Part shown: positions 1-9,994 of the stretch, piece by piece
How the letters are laid out: each line of letters opens with the position of its first letter
Numbering within the stretch: the stretch's first letter is position 1
Assembly (NCBI GenBank): GCA_963788655.1
Contig: CAWBHS010000007.1
Location: forward strand, 32,001 to 96,000
Source of the DNA: an uncultured Verrucomicrobiae bacterium
GTDB lineage: Bacteria > Verrucomicrobiota > Verrucomicrobiia > Limisphaerales > JAFGQR01
Length of the DNA: 64,000 bases
Direction of reading: 5' to 3'
Made by a program: the position numbers and the translations under genes
The notes under the pieces: generated by a model
The model's input: only the letters and a program-made list of their open reading frames with translations
What the model was told of the DNA's origin: nothing
Database searches by the model: none

Positions 1-214
1 CGACACACGCCATCGTGCCGTCCTTGACCTGCCAACCAGGGCGGATGCCCTCGCGTTTGAAGTTGTGCCAGCCATTGAAGGTCTGGCCGTCGAAGAGCAG
101 CTTCCAGCCGGCGGCCTTCTCCGCTTGGGTCAGCGTGTTGATTTTGGAATCATCGGCCGCAGTGAGCTGCAAGGCGGTGACGGCGGCCAGCACACAGAAG
201 AAAAAGTATTTCAT
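1..214 (-). CDS. DUF1080 (3-keto-disaccharide hydrolase-like) secreted protein, 5' part; runs off the window start
   Basis: Manual translation from ATG at 214: MKYFFFCVLAAVTALQLTAADDSKINTLTQAEKAAGWKLLFDGQTFNGWHNF...WQVKDG. Signal peptide followed by the GWxxLFDG..xxGW / WxVxDG DUF1080 signature. Confidence 0.8.
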   Translation of the reverse strand, partial: MKYFFFCVLAAVTALQLTAADDSKINTLTQAEKAAGWKLLFDGQTFNGWHNFKREGIRPGWQVKDGTMACV

Positions 215-359
215 GGCCCATGAGGCTACAGGAACGCCGCCAGCCAGCAATCGAAAAATCCGTTCGCTTAAAAAGTCGTAAGCAAGTTTTAATTCCCACC
301 TAACGAATTAAACGATGCGCGGCGATCCTTCAATTGTGACGCTGCAAATTATCGTTGCA

Positions 360-2003
360 TTAGTCCCTTACCGGGAAAATCCTGTGCAAGAGGCGCAACC
401 TATTTGAGGGTTTATGCGCTGGCGTTGGCCAACCCTGGGACGAGCAGGTGTTCCTTGAGTTTGAGTCCCACCAGCACCGCGCGCCGTCCCAGTTCCGTCA
501 GGTAATACTTGTAGGTCTTGCCGACTTTTTTGATCAATCCGTGCAGCCGCAGCCGCTTGAGGATTCGCCCGATCTGGCCGCTGCTCTTTCCCGGCAGCAC
601 CGCTTGCAGCCGCCGGTTGCTCATCCCGCTGATTTGATACTCGCCGCGCACGATCCCCAGCAGCACCGTCAGATCGTGCCCGAGGAAAAAGTTGAACCCG
701 CGCCAACTCCGCTCCCGTTCATCCGTCACTGGCCGGCTGATTTTATCCAAGTTGGTCGGCCCGCCGCTGCGGTCTTCCAACTCTCCGATAAACTCCAGAT
801 ACCTTGCACAGCCGGCCCGCATCAACCCGGCCAGATCGCCCAGGCTGAAGATCGATTTTCTTTAGGTCCGCCACCCGATAGTCGCTGCTGCCATCCCGAT
901 GTTCCACCTTGCGGTGGTGTCGATAGAAGCTCACGTCGTTGCTCACGCATTCCAGGCGCAGCACGCGTCCGGCCTTGTCATACATCTTGATCGCCTGCCG
1001 GTTGAGCTGGTGTTTGATGCGCGTGCCTTCGACGCGCGTATGAAAGTCGCTTCTGCGCCTCAGCCTCCGGACTGAGCCGCTTGTTCAGGAACCGGGCGAT
1101 GTCCGGTGCCTTCACCGTGAAGATGGCCTGCCGGCTGATCTCCTGGTAAACCGGACGCAGGGCGGCGGCGCGCTTGAACACCACGTCCAGCGCATACTCC
1201 ACCTGCATGAGACTCCAGTGGTAGCCGCCGCGAAACTGTTTGACCACCGGGCAAAACTCCTCGGCCAGGGCGTGCAGGCGGGCCGCCAACACTTTGATCT
1301 CGAAGCCCTCGACCAACGCCTGGGCCTTCGCCCAATCCCCGCAGGAGACAAACGTATTGTCGGCCAGCTCATGGGGGATGCCGTGCGTGCGCAATTGATT
1401 GGCCAGCCAGGCGTGCTGGTTGAAGTAGACTTGCAGCCGGAAGGGCAGCCAGGTGGGCACGCGCATGTAACCCAGGCCCAACTGCTCGTCGATAAAATAG
1501 AAGTAGTAGTGCAGGCACCGTCCGCCCGTGAGCTTGAGTCCCGTGCGCCCGGTCTTCTGGTCGTGCCAGGGCTTGAAACATTTGCACGATTCCATGGCGG
1601 AGAAGATGTGGGCCAAGCCGGGATGCCGTCCGCGCTGTTCAAGAATCTCAGCGACCCGCGCTTCCTTGCGCAGCCCCTTACGTTCCAAATACTGGATTTC
1701 CAGACCGGCCTGACGGGCCAGCAGGATGGCGTTATCGCGCACCTGATCGCGCAAGGGTTCGGCGAAGACGCCCAGATCAAAGCAGCGGATATTCAGATGC
1801 CGAAGCTGGGCCGTCATGGCGTCGGGATGCCCCACATCGACGAGCATACCAGTGACAATGAGACGGTCGTAGCAGCCGAGCGTCCCCTCGATATCTTTGG
1901 CGTAACGGTCCAGCAGTTTGGATTGGAGATCACTGCCCGCTTTGATCGGTGCATTCATGCACCAACTTTACCCAAACTCTTGGTTCCGGCTACGCCGGGT
2001 TAG
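360..2003 (-). mobile_element. IS-like element without terminal inverted repeats, encoding a Rep_trans-like/wHTH protein
   Basis: TTAG at 360-363 and 2000-2003. The 5' end on the minus strand is CCTAACCCGGC-GTA-GCCGGAACCAAG (hairpin); the 3' end is TTGCACAGGATTTTCCCGGTAAGGGACTAA. One large ORF fills the element, which sits between unrelated genes. Confidence 0.65.
412..1958 (-). CDS. Putative transposase/replication-initiator-like protein (~514 aa after fixing two +1 frameshifts near 1051 and 858), C-terminal winged HTH
   Basis: ORFs 978-1958, 743-985 and 412-825 join as ...PEAEAQ-SDFHTRVEGTRIKHQLNRQAIKMYDKAGRVLRLE...DLKK-SIFSLGDLAGLMRAG... Motifs: CLHYYFYF, QVEYALD, KMYDK, LRLE and C-terminal LKRLRLHGLIKKVGKTYKYYLTELG. 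Confidence 0.75.
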
Positions 2004-2297
2004 GAGGATGAGAGAGAACAAGACTCTCCAAGCCTTGGGAAGATAATCGGTACTGGTGCGGAGAGGCGAAACTACCGACGCGCAAACAATTGGACGCAAA
2101 CGCTTTGCCAAGTGAATTTGGCTCGGTTATCCTTTTCCCGTGCAAGATGCCGCCGTCCAACAACGAGTAATTCGATTGCCTGCACAACTCCGAAGCAGCA
2201 ATCGACAAAGCTGCGCTATGGCTCGTGGAAAATCAGCCCGGTCCCGATTACCGGCTCTGCATCCGCCAGGGCATCCTTATGCGTTAGCCCATCGTTG

Positions 2298-3386
2298 ATG
2301 AAACTCCTCGTCATTTCGCTGGCTGGCATTGGGGACACGTTGATCGCCACGCCGCTGATTCACGAACTGCGGCTGAACTTTCCTGACGCCAGGCTTGATA
2401 CGCTAGTGCTCTGGCCGGGCTCGAAGGATCTGCTGGCCGGCAATCCCTGGCTCAATACGGTTCATCAAGCCAATTTCTTTCAGATGGGGCAACTGGCGGC
2501 CTTGCGCTATCTGCTTCGGCTGCGTCGCGAGCAGTACGATGTTTCGATTAACACCCATCCGCAAAGCAAAATTCATTACCGCCTGACCGCCTGGCTCATT
2601 GGCGCCCGGCGGCGGCTCAGCCATTTGTACCACAATTCGGGGCTGTGGGACAATGTGCTGATCAACGCGGCCGTGCCGCAAGACTACACGATTCATTCGG
2701 TCGAGAACAATTTGCGGCTGCTTCGCCTGCTCGGCAAAACTCCGCAACTCAGAGAGCATGCCTTCGAGTTATTTCTGACGCCGGAGGAGCAGGCTCAGGC
2801 CGAACATTATGCCACTGATTTTAAACAAAGCAGGTGCTGCCTGATCGGCCTCCACGTTGGCTCCGGCAAAACGAAGAACCTGAGCCTCAAACGCTGGCCG
2901 GTCCCCAACTGGATTGCGTTGATTCAGCGGGTGCTGGAAGGCCTCCCGGATGTCACCGTGCTGCTCTTCGGTGGCCCGGAAGAAAAACAGGACAACGAGC
3001 AAATCCTCAGCGAGGTAGCCGATGCGCGGGTTGTGACACCGCCAACGCGGTCCATCCGAGAAGCGGCTGCGTTGCTGGCTCATTGCGATGCGTTCATTAG
3101 CGTGGACAACGCCCTCATGCACTGCGCCGCCGCCATGAAAGTCTCGCGGCAAATTGTGATTGAATCCGTGACGTTCGGCCCCACCCTTGAACCCTACGTA
3201 CGGCCCTATCGCTTGGTGAAGAATCCGGCCGTCCACGGGCGGAACCTGGAATACTACCGCTACGACGGACGTGACATTCGAGGTACTCGCGAGGAACTGA
3301 TTCGCTGCATGATGGCGGTCACTCCCCAGGCGGTATTCCAGACGCTGATGGAGGCACTGGAGGAGAAGGAGGGGGCGTCGGGATGA
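2298..3386 (+). CDS. Glycosyltransferase family 9 (LPS heptosyltransferase-like)
   Basis: N-terminal MKLLVISLAGIGDTLIATPLIHELRLNFPDA, KRWP motif, FISVDNALMHCAAA motif. Confidence 0.9.
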   Translation: MKLLVISLAGIGDTLIATPLIHELRLNFPDARLDTLVLWPGSKDLLAGNPWLNTVHQANFFQMGQLAALRYLLRLRREQYDVSINTHPQSKIHYRLTAWLIGARRRLSHLYHNSGLWDNVLINAAVPQDYTIHSVENNLRLLRLLGKTPQLREHAFELFLTPEEQAQAEHYATDFKQSRCCLIGLHVGSGKTKNLSLKRWPVPNWIALIQRVLEGLPDVTVLLFGGPEEKQDNEQILSEVADARVVTPPTRSIREAAALLAHCDAFISVDNALMHCAAAMKVSRQIVIESVTFGPTLEPYVRPYRLVKNPAVHGRNLEYYRYDGRDIRGTREELIRCMMAVTPQAVFQTLMEALEEKEGASG

Positions 3387-3406
3387 GGAAGCGGGATGAT
3401 GGAGAC

Positions 3407-3532
3407 TCGATGCTGGATACCGGATACCGGATGCCGGATGCCGGATGCCGGATGCCGGATGCCGGATGCCGGATGCCGGATGCCGGATGCCGGATGCCGG
3501 ATGCCGGATGCCGGATGCCGGATGCCGGATAC
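3407..3532. repeat. Heptamer tandem repeat (CGGATGC)n, about 18 units
   Basis: 14 perfect CGGATGC units at 3428-3525, flanked by TCGATGC/TGGATAC/CGGATAC variants. Confidence 0.97.
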
Positions 3533-3824
3533 CAGATTGAGGCTTGCAGTCGATTTTACCGATTTGGCGTGGGCCTCAAGGATTGGGGAGGAACTGAACG
3601 GCCCGCCGTGGGGGGGCGAGTCGATTAAAGCAGACTTCTGATGGACGGAACCATTTTGACCGCAGTAACGAGCTGGTGCGCGAGATTGTGAATTGCACAT
3701 TTTCCCATGCTGTTGCCACGCGCGGCACACGCCGTCCACGAGACTCCAGCAAGCGCTTCCTGTTGACCCGCCTTTCGCCGGCCACTACGTTGCCCCAAAC
3801 GGACAAGCCATGTCATATCCAATA

Positions 3825-5451
3825 ATGTCCAATGGAATGCCGCCGCCGGAAGAGTTTCAGCGTCGGCTAAACGAAATGATGCGCCAGCATTTTCGCGGCC
3901 TGGGGGCGACGCCTATGGGGTCCGAAGCGGGAGCCGCCGATGGCAATGAAACGAGCACGCCGGCTGACCAATCCCCGCCGGAGCCGCCGATCGATGTCAC
4001 CCAATTCAGCTACAAACCGCGCGACATTAAGGCGTTCCTTGACCGGTTCGTGATCAAACAGGAGGAAGCCAAGAAAGTTCTGAGCGTGGCGTTGTGCGAC
4101 CACTACCAACACGTGCGGCTGGCGGTACAGGGCCAGGACCAATCGAATTATGCCAAACAGAATATCATCCTGTTGGGGCCGACCGGCGTCGGCAAAACCT
4201 ATCTGGTGCGCAGCATGGCCGATTTGATCGGCGTTCCGTTTGTAAAAGCCGATGCCACCAAGTTCTCCGAAACCGGCTATGTGGGCGGCGATGTCGAAGA
4301 CCTCGTGCGCGACTTGGTCCGCCTGGCGGATGGTGACGTGCGCCGCGCCCAATACGGCATTATTTACATCGACGAAATCGACAAAATCGCCGCGTCCCAG
4401 AGCGTGGGGGGGCGGGATGTCAGCGGGCGAGGGGTGCAAACCAACCTGCTCAAGCTGATGGAGGAAACCGATGTTCCGGCCCGCGCGCCCAATGACATTG
4501 CCGGTCAAATTCAGGCCATGATGGAAATGACCCAGGGTCGCGGCCAAAAAAGGCCTTCCATGATCAATACCCGGCACATTTTGTTCGTGGTCAGCGGCGC
4601 GTTCGAGGGCCTCGAAAAAATCATTCGCAAACGCCTCCGTGAAATCCTCCATCGGTTTTGCCGCCACAACCCGCCCCGATCCGGAAGAAGATCGGACTTT
4701 CGATTCTGTGCAAACCCGCGACTTTATCGACTTCGGGTTCGAACCGGAATTTATCGGCCGCCTGCCCGTGCGCGTCGTTTGTTATCCTCTGAATGTGGAT
4801 GATTTGTTTCAAATCCTCAAAACCTCCGAAGGCAGTATTGTTCGCCAATACGAACAGACGTTTGGCGCTTACGGCATCGAGGTGTTGTTTCACGATGAAG
4901 GTCTCCACCGTATTGCGGAGATCGCCGCGGACGAAAAGACCGGCGCCCGCGGCCTGATGACCGTGTGCGAGCGGATCTTTCGGGACTTGAAATTTGAACT
5001 GCCGTCCACCCAGGTCAAACGGTTCATCGTGACCCGCGAATTGGTGGACGATCCGATTGGCGCGCTCCAGAAACTCATGGCCGAAAGCGCCCGGGAAGAG
5101 CAGACCATGCTGCACCAGGTGTTGGATGAATATTGCCAACGTTTCCAACAAAGCCACGGGATGAAAATTGCGTTTACTGAAGAGGCCGCAGGATTGCTGG
5201 TAGAACTGTCGCACCAGGACAACAAGCCGGTCCGCGATTTGTGCGCCGCCCGTTTCAAAGACTACCAATTTGGCTTGAAACTCATTTTCCAGAATACCGG
5301 CCAAAAGGAATTCACCATTAACCGTGAAGCCGTCGAAGCCCCGGACAAGGTGTTGAGTCAATGGGTCGTGGCCAGTTACCGCAATCCGGAGCAACAACCG
5401 GCAGCAGACGCAGCGCCCCAAACCGGACAGTCGTCTGACCCGAGGACTTGA
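3825..5451 (+). CDS. clpX: ClpX-like AAA+ ATPase lacking the N-terminal zinc-binding domain, with a C-terminal extension; +1 frameshift near 4643
   Basis: GPTGVGKT Walker [10 protein letters not shown] Walker B, GYVG pore loop, [15 protein letters not shown] loop across the frameshift (LRE-SSIGF), FIGRLPV, TGARGL. The start could be 3810. Confidence 0.85.
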
Positions 5452-5621
5452 CTCGACGATGAGGCGCAACGAGCGCTCATGTTGAGCGCCGGATTCCAGG
5501 TTACTTTCGGCTTTTGGCCTTCAGGCGTTGGACGGTGCTGCCACTCGGAGCCGGTTGTTGGGAATCAAGAACATCCTCGCGCGGGGCGTCCGAGTTTTAA
5601 CCGCAGTTAGCCTTGAACGGT

Positions 5622-6278
5622 CTAGACCACGTGGCTGACCCACTGGAGGACGGCTCCGGTTTCCTGCAGCCACCAACTCAACGCCGTCATTACGGACACC
5701 TGACTGCCGGCCAGCAAAGGAATGCCCAGCAACAGAACGATGATGTTTCCCAGAAAGATCACGATGGCAGAAAAAAAGTAACCTTGGCTGGTGATGTCGG
5801 TTTGTTGAGATTGCAGGGCACTCCACGTCAGGGTCAAATGAAAGGCATACGCCCCACCGACCAGCAAATGAAACCAGACCTGGTACGCTGTCCAATCCCA
5901 GAGCCAATGTCCCAGCATGAAACAAAGGACCAGCGCTACGGCGTAAAGCGGGAAGAAATACGGCGCCAGAATAATCAAGAAATTGGTTTTGGTAATCACC
6001 ACATGCCCACCACGGGGCGTGGCCTTGAATTTCTTCACCTTGCCGCCGAACAGCCAGGTCCAAACCACATGCGTCAGTTCATGCCCAAAGACGTAAATCC
6101 GCATGGGTTTTGGCAGGAGCAGATAAATACCGAGCCAACTTGTGGCGCCGCCGAAGAAGGCGACCCAGAACGTATCCAGGCTGCCGGTAATGCGCAGAAC
6201 CCGCACAAAAGCACTCACCGCTCCGATGCAAAACGGAGTCAACACGATTCCCACGAGAAATCTGGCCCAATACGGCAC
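5622..6278 (-). CDS. Membrane zinc metallopeptidase, M50B-like
   Basis: FGHELTH (HExxH) in a multi-TM protein, LAPYFFP motif. Confidence 0.7.
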   Translation of the reverse strand: MPYWARFLVGIVLTPFCIGAVSAFVRVLRITGSLDTFWVAFFGGATSWLGIYLLLPKPMRIYVFGHELTHVVWTWLFGGKVKKFKATPRGGHVVITKTNFLIILAPYFFPLYAVALVLCFMLGHWLWDWTAYQVWFHLLVGGAYAFHLTLTWSALQSQQTDITSQGYFFSAIVIFLGNIIVLLLGIPLLAGSQVSVMTALSWWLQETGAVLQWVSHVV

Positions 6279-6523
6279 GCGAGATTATTACCAAAGCCCG
6301 TCCCTCCGGAAACGCAGAAAAATGCGGCCATCAGTTTCCAGCCCAGATACGCAGGAGCGTCGGTGGTGTTGCTGAGGCCCCGTTACGGTTCCAGGATTCA
6401 TAGAACGCACTTTCCTGGCAGCCCTCCATTCCGCCTTAATCCTTCAAACCGTTTGACCATTCAACTCTTCCACCCCACCAATACCCGCCTCCGACGGCAA
6501 ACGCCTTGCTACATCCTTTCTCC

Positions 6524-7339
6524 GTGTATTTGGATTATTATGGCCTGACCGAGCCGCCGTTCAATATTACGCCGAATCCGCGCTTCCTGTTTCTTAGCGG
6601 AAAGCACCAGGAAGCCTATAACCACATGGTTTATGGGATTCGGGAGCGCAAAGGCTTCATCCAAATCACCGGTGAGGTGGGGTCGGGCAAAACCACTCTT
6701 TGCCGGGCACTCCTGGCATCGCTAGGCAAGAATTACTCGACCGCGCTGATTCTCAATCCGCCGCTGAGCGCCGAAGAAATGGTGAAAGCGGTGGTCATGG
6801 AATTCGGGCTGCCGGCGCGGGGATTGGACCACTTGGAAGCCCTGGAGTTATTGAACAATTTTCTCCTCTCCGAAGCGGAACAAGGGCGCGATTGCGTGCT
6901 GCTGATCGACGAGGCACAGAACCTCTCCAACGATTTGCTCGAGCAAGTCCGGATGCTGTCCAATCTCGAAACCGACAACCACAAGCTCCTGCAGATCGTG
7001 CTGGTTGGGCAACCCGAACTCCGCGACCGCCTCAACCACCCCGGCCTCCGGCAACTGCGCCAGCGCATCACCGTCCGGTACCACCTCCGTCCGCTCCGCC
7101 AAATGGAGTTGGGGCAATATGTCCAGCATCGCCTGACGATTTCGGGCGCGAAAAGTCCGCCTCAATTCACCACGCCGGCACTGTGGCGTGTTTACAACTA
7201 TTCGAAAGGAATTCCCCGGTTGGTCAATGCCGTGTGCGACAAATGCCTCTTGGCGGGTTTTGTGCAACAAAGCCCTCGCATCGACTTTCACCTCGTGGGA
7301 AAAGCAGTCCGGGAGTTGGAGGGGGAAATCCGAATATGA
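6524..7339 (+). CDS. exeA: ExeA/GspA-family AAA ATPase, no C-terminal PG-binding domain
   Basis: YLDYYGLTEPPFNITPNPRF, GEVGSGKT, LLIDEAQNL, LVGQPEL, GIPRLVNAVCD. Confidence 0.85.
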   Translation: MYLDYYGLTEPPFNITPNPRFLFLSGKHQEAYNHMVYGIRERKGFIQITGEVGSGKTTLCRALLASLGKNYSTALILNPPLSAEEMVKAVVMEFGLPARGLDHLEALELLNNFLLSEAEQGRDCVLLIDEAQNLSNDLLEQVRMLSNLETDNHKLLQIVLVGQPELRDRLNHPGLRQLRQRITVRYHLRPLRQMELGQYVQHRLTISGAKSPPQFTTPALWRVYNYSKGIPRLVNAVCDKCLLAGFVQQSPRIDFHLVGKAVRELEGEIRI

Positions 7340-7962
7340 GTCTGATCAACGATGCGCTCAAGCGGGCCAACGCGGCGCGTCCCCCGCAGCTCACGGGGGA
7401 GGAACACGTCCCTCCCATGCGACCCGTGCCCGGAAACTCGGTGGCCGTGATCTGGCCGCTGATCCTGGCGCCCATCGTTTTGCTGGTGGTGCTCATGATG
7501 GCCATCTGGTTCCTCTGGCGCGGCTGGGAAGCCAGTCGGCAAACTCACGCACAAGTCGCCCAACCAGCCGTCGCCGCCCGCGAACCGGCGGCACCATCCA
7601 CTCCTTCCCCAGTGCCATCGGCGCTGCCGGTCCCAATAGTGGCAGCCGAGGAAAACGCGGCTGAATCTTCCCTTCCGCCGGCGGTTCCGGAGACACCGGC
7701 ACAAGTGCCACCTGCCCCAAGGGCGCCCACTCCCGCTCTCCCCACCACTGCCGCAGTCGCCGCGGCGCCAGCCCCGCCAATCAAGCAAACACCACTCAAA
7801 CTGCAAGGCATCTTCTATCGTCCGCGCAAACCTGCCGTGGTGATTAACGGCAAGTCGCTGTTCATTGGTGAATCCATTGAGAATGTCACCGTCATTGCCA
7901 TCGACCGCAGTTCCGCCACGGTGGTGCAAGCGGGGCGAACCAATGTGTTGACCCTGCACTGA
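7336..7962 (+). CDS. GspB/ExeB-like bitopic membrane protein
   Basis: MSLINDALKRA start, one TM helix, Pro/Ala linker, C-terminal LKLQGIFY...AVVING domain; overlaps the exeA stop (ATGA). Confidence 0.7.
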   Translation: MSLINDALKRANAARPPQLTGEEHVPPMRPVPGNSVAVIWPLILAPIVLLVVLMMAIWFLWRGWEASRQTHAQVAQPAVAAREPAAPSTPSPVPSALPVPIVAAEENAAESSLPPAVPETPAQVPPAPRAPTPALPTTAAVAAAPAPPIKQTPLKLQGIFYRPRKPAVVINGKSLFIGESIENVTVIAIDRSSATVVQAGRTNVLTLH

Positions 7963-8030
7963 GGAGCAGGTAAACGATCCCCGTGTTGTCTCGAGAGTCA
8001 CTCCCACAGTGACTTGACGGAATTCAAAAG

Positions 8031-8726
8031 GTGAACAATTCAGGCACCAGGATCGCTGCGAATTCACTGCTGACCAAAATCAAGCAGTCGCCATTGGCCG
8101 TCCGCGTTCTTCCGTTTGGGCTGTTCGCGTTGCTGACCGCCGGCCAGGGGCTCTTCGGCGAAGCGTCGCGTTACTGGTTTTATTGCGGCAAGACCGTGGT
8201 GGGCGCCTGGATGATCTGGGAAATGCGCCCGTTTGTGGCAGAGCTGCGCTGGAAATTAAGCTGGGAAGCCGTCGTGGTGGGCGTAGCTGTACTGGTGATA
8301 TGGGTGGGCCTGGACAGTTTCTATCCCAAACTCATGCCGCCGGACAAAACGTGGAATCCTCACGCCCAGTTCGGTCAGGACACGGCGGTGGCCTGGCTGG
8401 TGATCGCGATCCGGATCCTGGGTTCAACCCTGGTGGTTCCCCCGCTGGAGGAAGTGTTTTTTCGCTCCTTTGTGTACCGTTACCTGGCCAAAGCCGAATT
8501 TATGAGCGTGCCGCTGGGCAAGTTCCTCTGGATGCCTTTTCTGGTAACTTCCGTGATCTTTGGCGTCAACCATCGCGAATGGTTGGCGGGTATTCTGTGT
8601 GGTTTCGCCTACCAGGGATTGGTCATCTGGAAAAACCGCCTGAGTGACGCCATTACCGCCCACGCCATCACCAACTTCCTGCTCGGTCTCTGGATCGTGT
8701 GGCAAGGCGCCTGGCACTTCTGGTAA
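8031..8726 (+). CDS. CAAX prenyl protease-related (CPBP/Abi) intramembrane metalloprotease
   Basis: PPLEEVFFR, FGVNH and AHAITNFLLG motifs in a multi-TM protein. Confidence 0.88.
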   Translation: MNNSGTRIAANSLLTKIKQSPLAVRVLPFGLFALLTAGQGLFGEASRYWFYCGKTVVGAWMIWEMRPFVAELRWKLSWEAVVVGVAVLVIWVGLDSFYPKLMPPDKTWNPHAQFGQDTAVAWLVIAIRILGSTLVVPPLEEVFFRSFVYRYLAKAEFMSVPLGKFLWMPFLVTSVIFGVNHREWLAGILCGFAYQGLVIWKNRLSDAITAHAITNFLLGLWIVWQGAWHFW

Positions 8727-8781
8727 GCGGGGCAGGGTCAGTTCCGAGCCGCAGTTTGCCATTTCACCGGCGCGGTGCGCT

Positions 8782-8790
8782 TGGTAAGAT
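8782..8790 (+). promoter_or_regulatory. Possible extended -10 promoter giving a leaderless or near-leaderless mRNA
   Basis: TGGTAAGAT ends 7 nt before the ATG at 8798; no Shine-Dalgarno sequence. Confidence 0.35.
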
Positions 8791-8797
8791 TAGCCCC

Positions 8798-9955
8798 ATG
8801 CAAACCATCAAACAGATTGGCTTTAGCACGCGGGCGGTACACGAAGGACGCGGATTCAGCGGCAACACCGGCGCGGTCATGCCGCCGGTGTTCCTGACGT
8901 CCACCTTCGAGCGCGGCAATCCGGACGGCTTTGATTACACCCGCTCCGGCAATCCAAACTTTCGTCTGCTCGAGCAAAGCGCCGCCGCCTTGGAAGGCGC
9001 GCAGTTTGCCACCTGCTTTGCCAGTGGCGTCTCCGCCATCACCGCCGTCATTTCGAGTTTGCGGAGCGGTGACCGCGTGCTGGCGGAGGAAAACCTCTAC
9101 GGCTGCACCTACCGCCTGTTTGAACGCGTGTTTGCCAAGTTCGGTTTGCAGGTCAGCTACGTGGATTTTACGCGACCGGAAAACCGCGATGAAATCCGCC
9201 GCCAACGGCCCGCGCTCGTCTGGTTGGAAAGTCCCACCAATCCGTTGCTGAAAATCGTGGATCTCGCCGGGCTCAGCCAGACGGCGGCCGAAGTGGGTGC
9301 CGCGGTCGTGGTTGATAACACGTTTGCTTCTCCATATCTGCAACGCCCGTTGGAGCACGGCGCCACGATTTCCCTCGCCTCCACCACGAAGTATGTCAAC
9401 GGGCACAGTGACTGCCTCGGTGGCATCGTGGCCACGAACGATCCAACGTGGCACGAGCGAATGGTGTTTGCGCAGAAAGCCCTGGGCCTGCAACCCTCCC
9501 CGTTCGACGCCTGGCTGACGACCCGCGGCCAGCGCACCCTGGCCTTACGCATGGAACGGCATTGTGCGAATGCACTCGCCCTGGCCGGTTGGCTGGAGCA
9601 GCGGAAAGGCGTTCGCCAGGTGCGCTACCCTTTTCTGGCCAGCCATCCGCAAGCCGAATTGGCCCGGCGCCAAATGAAGGCAGGTTCCGGCATTTTCACC
9701 GCGGAACTGGATTGCCCGTCGGAGACGGCTCTCGATGTTTGCCGGCGGTTGCGCTGGTTCACGCTGGCGGAAAGTCTCGGCGGCGTCGAGAGCCTCGTGT
9801 GCCATCCGGCATCCATGACGCATGCATCGGTGCCGCCCGAGGTCCGCCAGCGGGTTGGTATCACTGATGGTTTGCTCCGCTTTTCGGTCGGCATTGAAGA
9901 CGTCGAGGATTTACAGCAAGACGTGGACGAAGCCTTGAACCAAGTGCCGTTATGA
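8798..9955 (+). CDS. Cystathionine gamma-lyase/gamma-synthase family PLP enzyme
   Basis: YTRSGNP, WLESPTNP, VDNTFASP, STTKYVNGHSD (PLP lysine), AESLGGVESL, LLRFSVGIED. Confidence 0.92.
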   Translation: MQTIKQIGFSTRAVHEGRGFSGNTGAVMPPVFLTSTFERGNPDGFDYTRSGNPNFRLLEQSAAALEGAQFATCFASGVSAITAVISSLRSGDRVLAEENLYGCTYRLFERVFAKFGLQVSYVDFTRPENRDEIRRQRPALVWLESPTNPLLKIVDLAGLSQTAAEVGAAVVVDNTFASPYLQRPLEHGATISLASTTKYVNGHSDCLGGIVATNDPTWHERMVFAQKALGLQPSPFDAWLTTRGQRTLALRMERHCANALALAGWLEQRKGVRQVRYPFLASHPQAELARRQMKAGSGIFTAELDCPSETALDVCRRLRWFTLAESLGGVESLVCHPASMTHASVPPEVRQRVGITDGLLRFSVGIEDVEDLQQDVDEALNQVPL

Positions 9956-9994
9956 ATAAGCGCGATAGTTGGTCCAACCCTTGGGGCAGGCGGC

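Noticed and set aside
3260..3739. ORFs encoding MPDAGCR / HPASGIR repeats
   Set aside because: They are translations of the heptamer DNA tract in several frames, with no evidence of a real protein.
3825..5451. Calling clpX and the other split genes pseudogenes or programmed frameshifts
   Set aside because: The breaks are single +1 bases, the genes have intact motifs and no other decay, and no shared slippery site is present; sequencing error is more likely.
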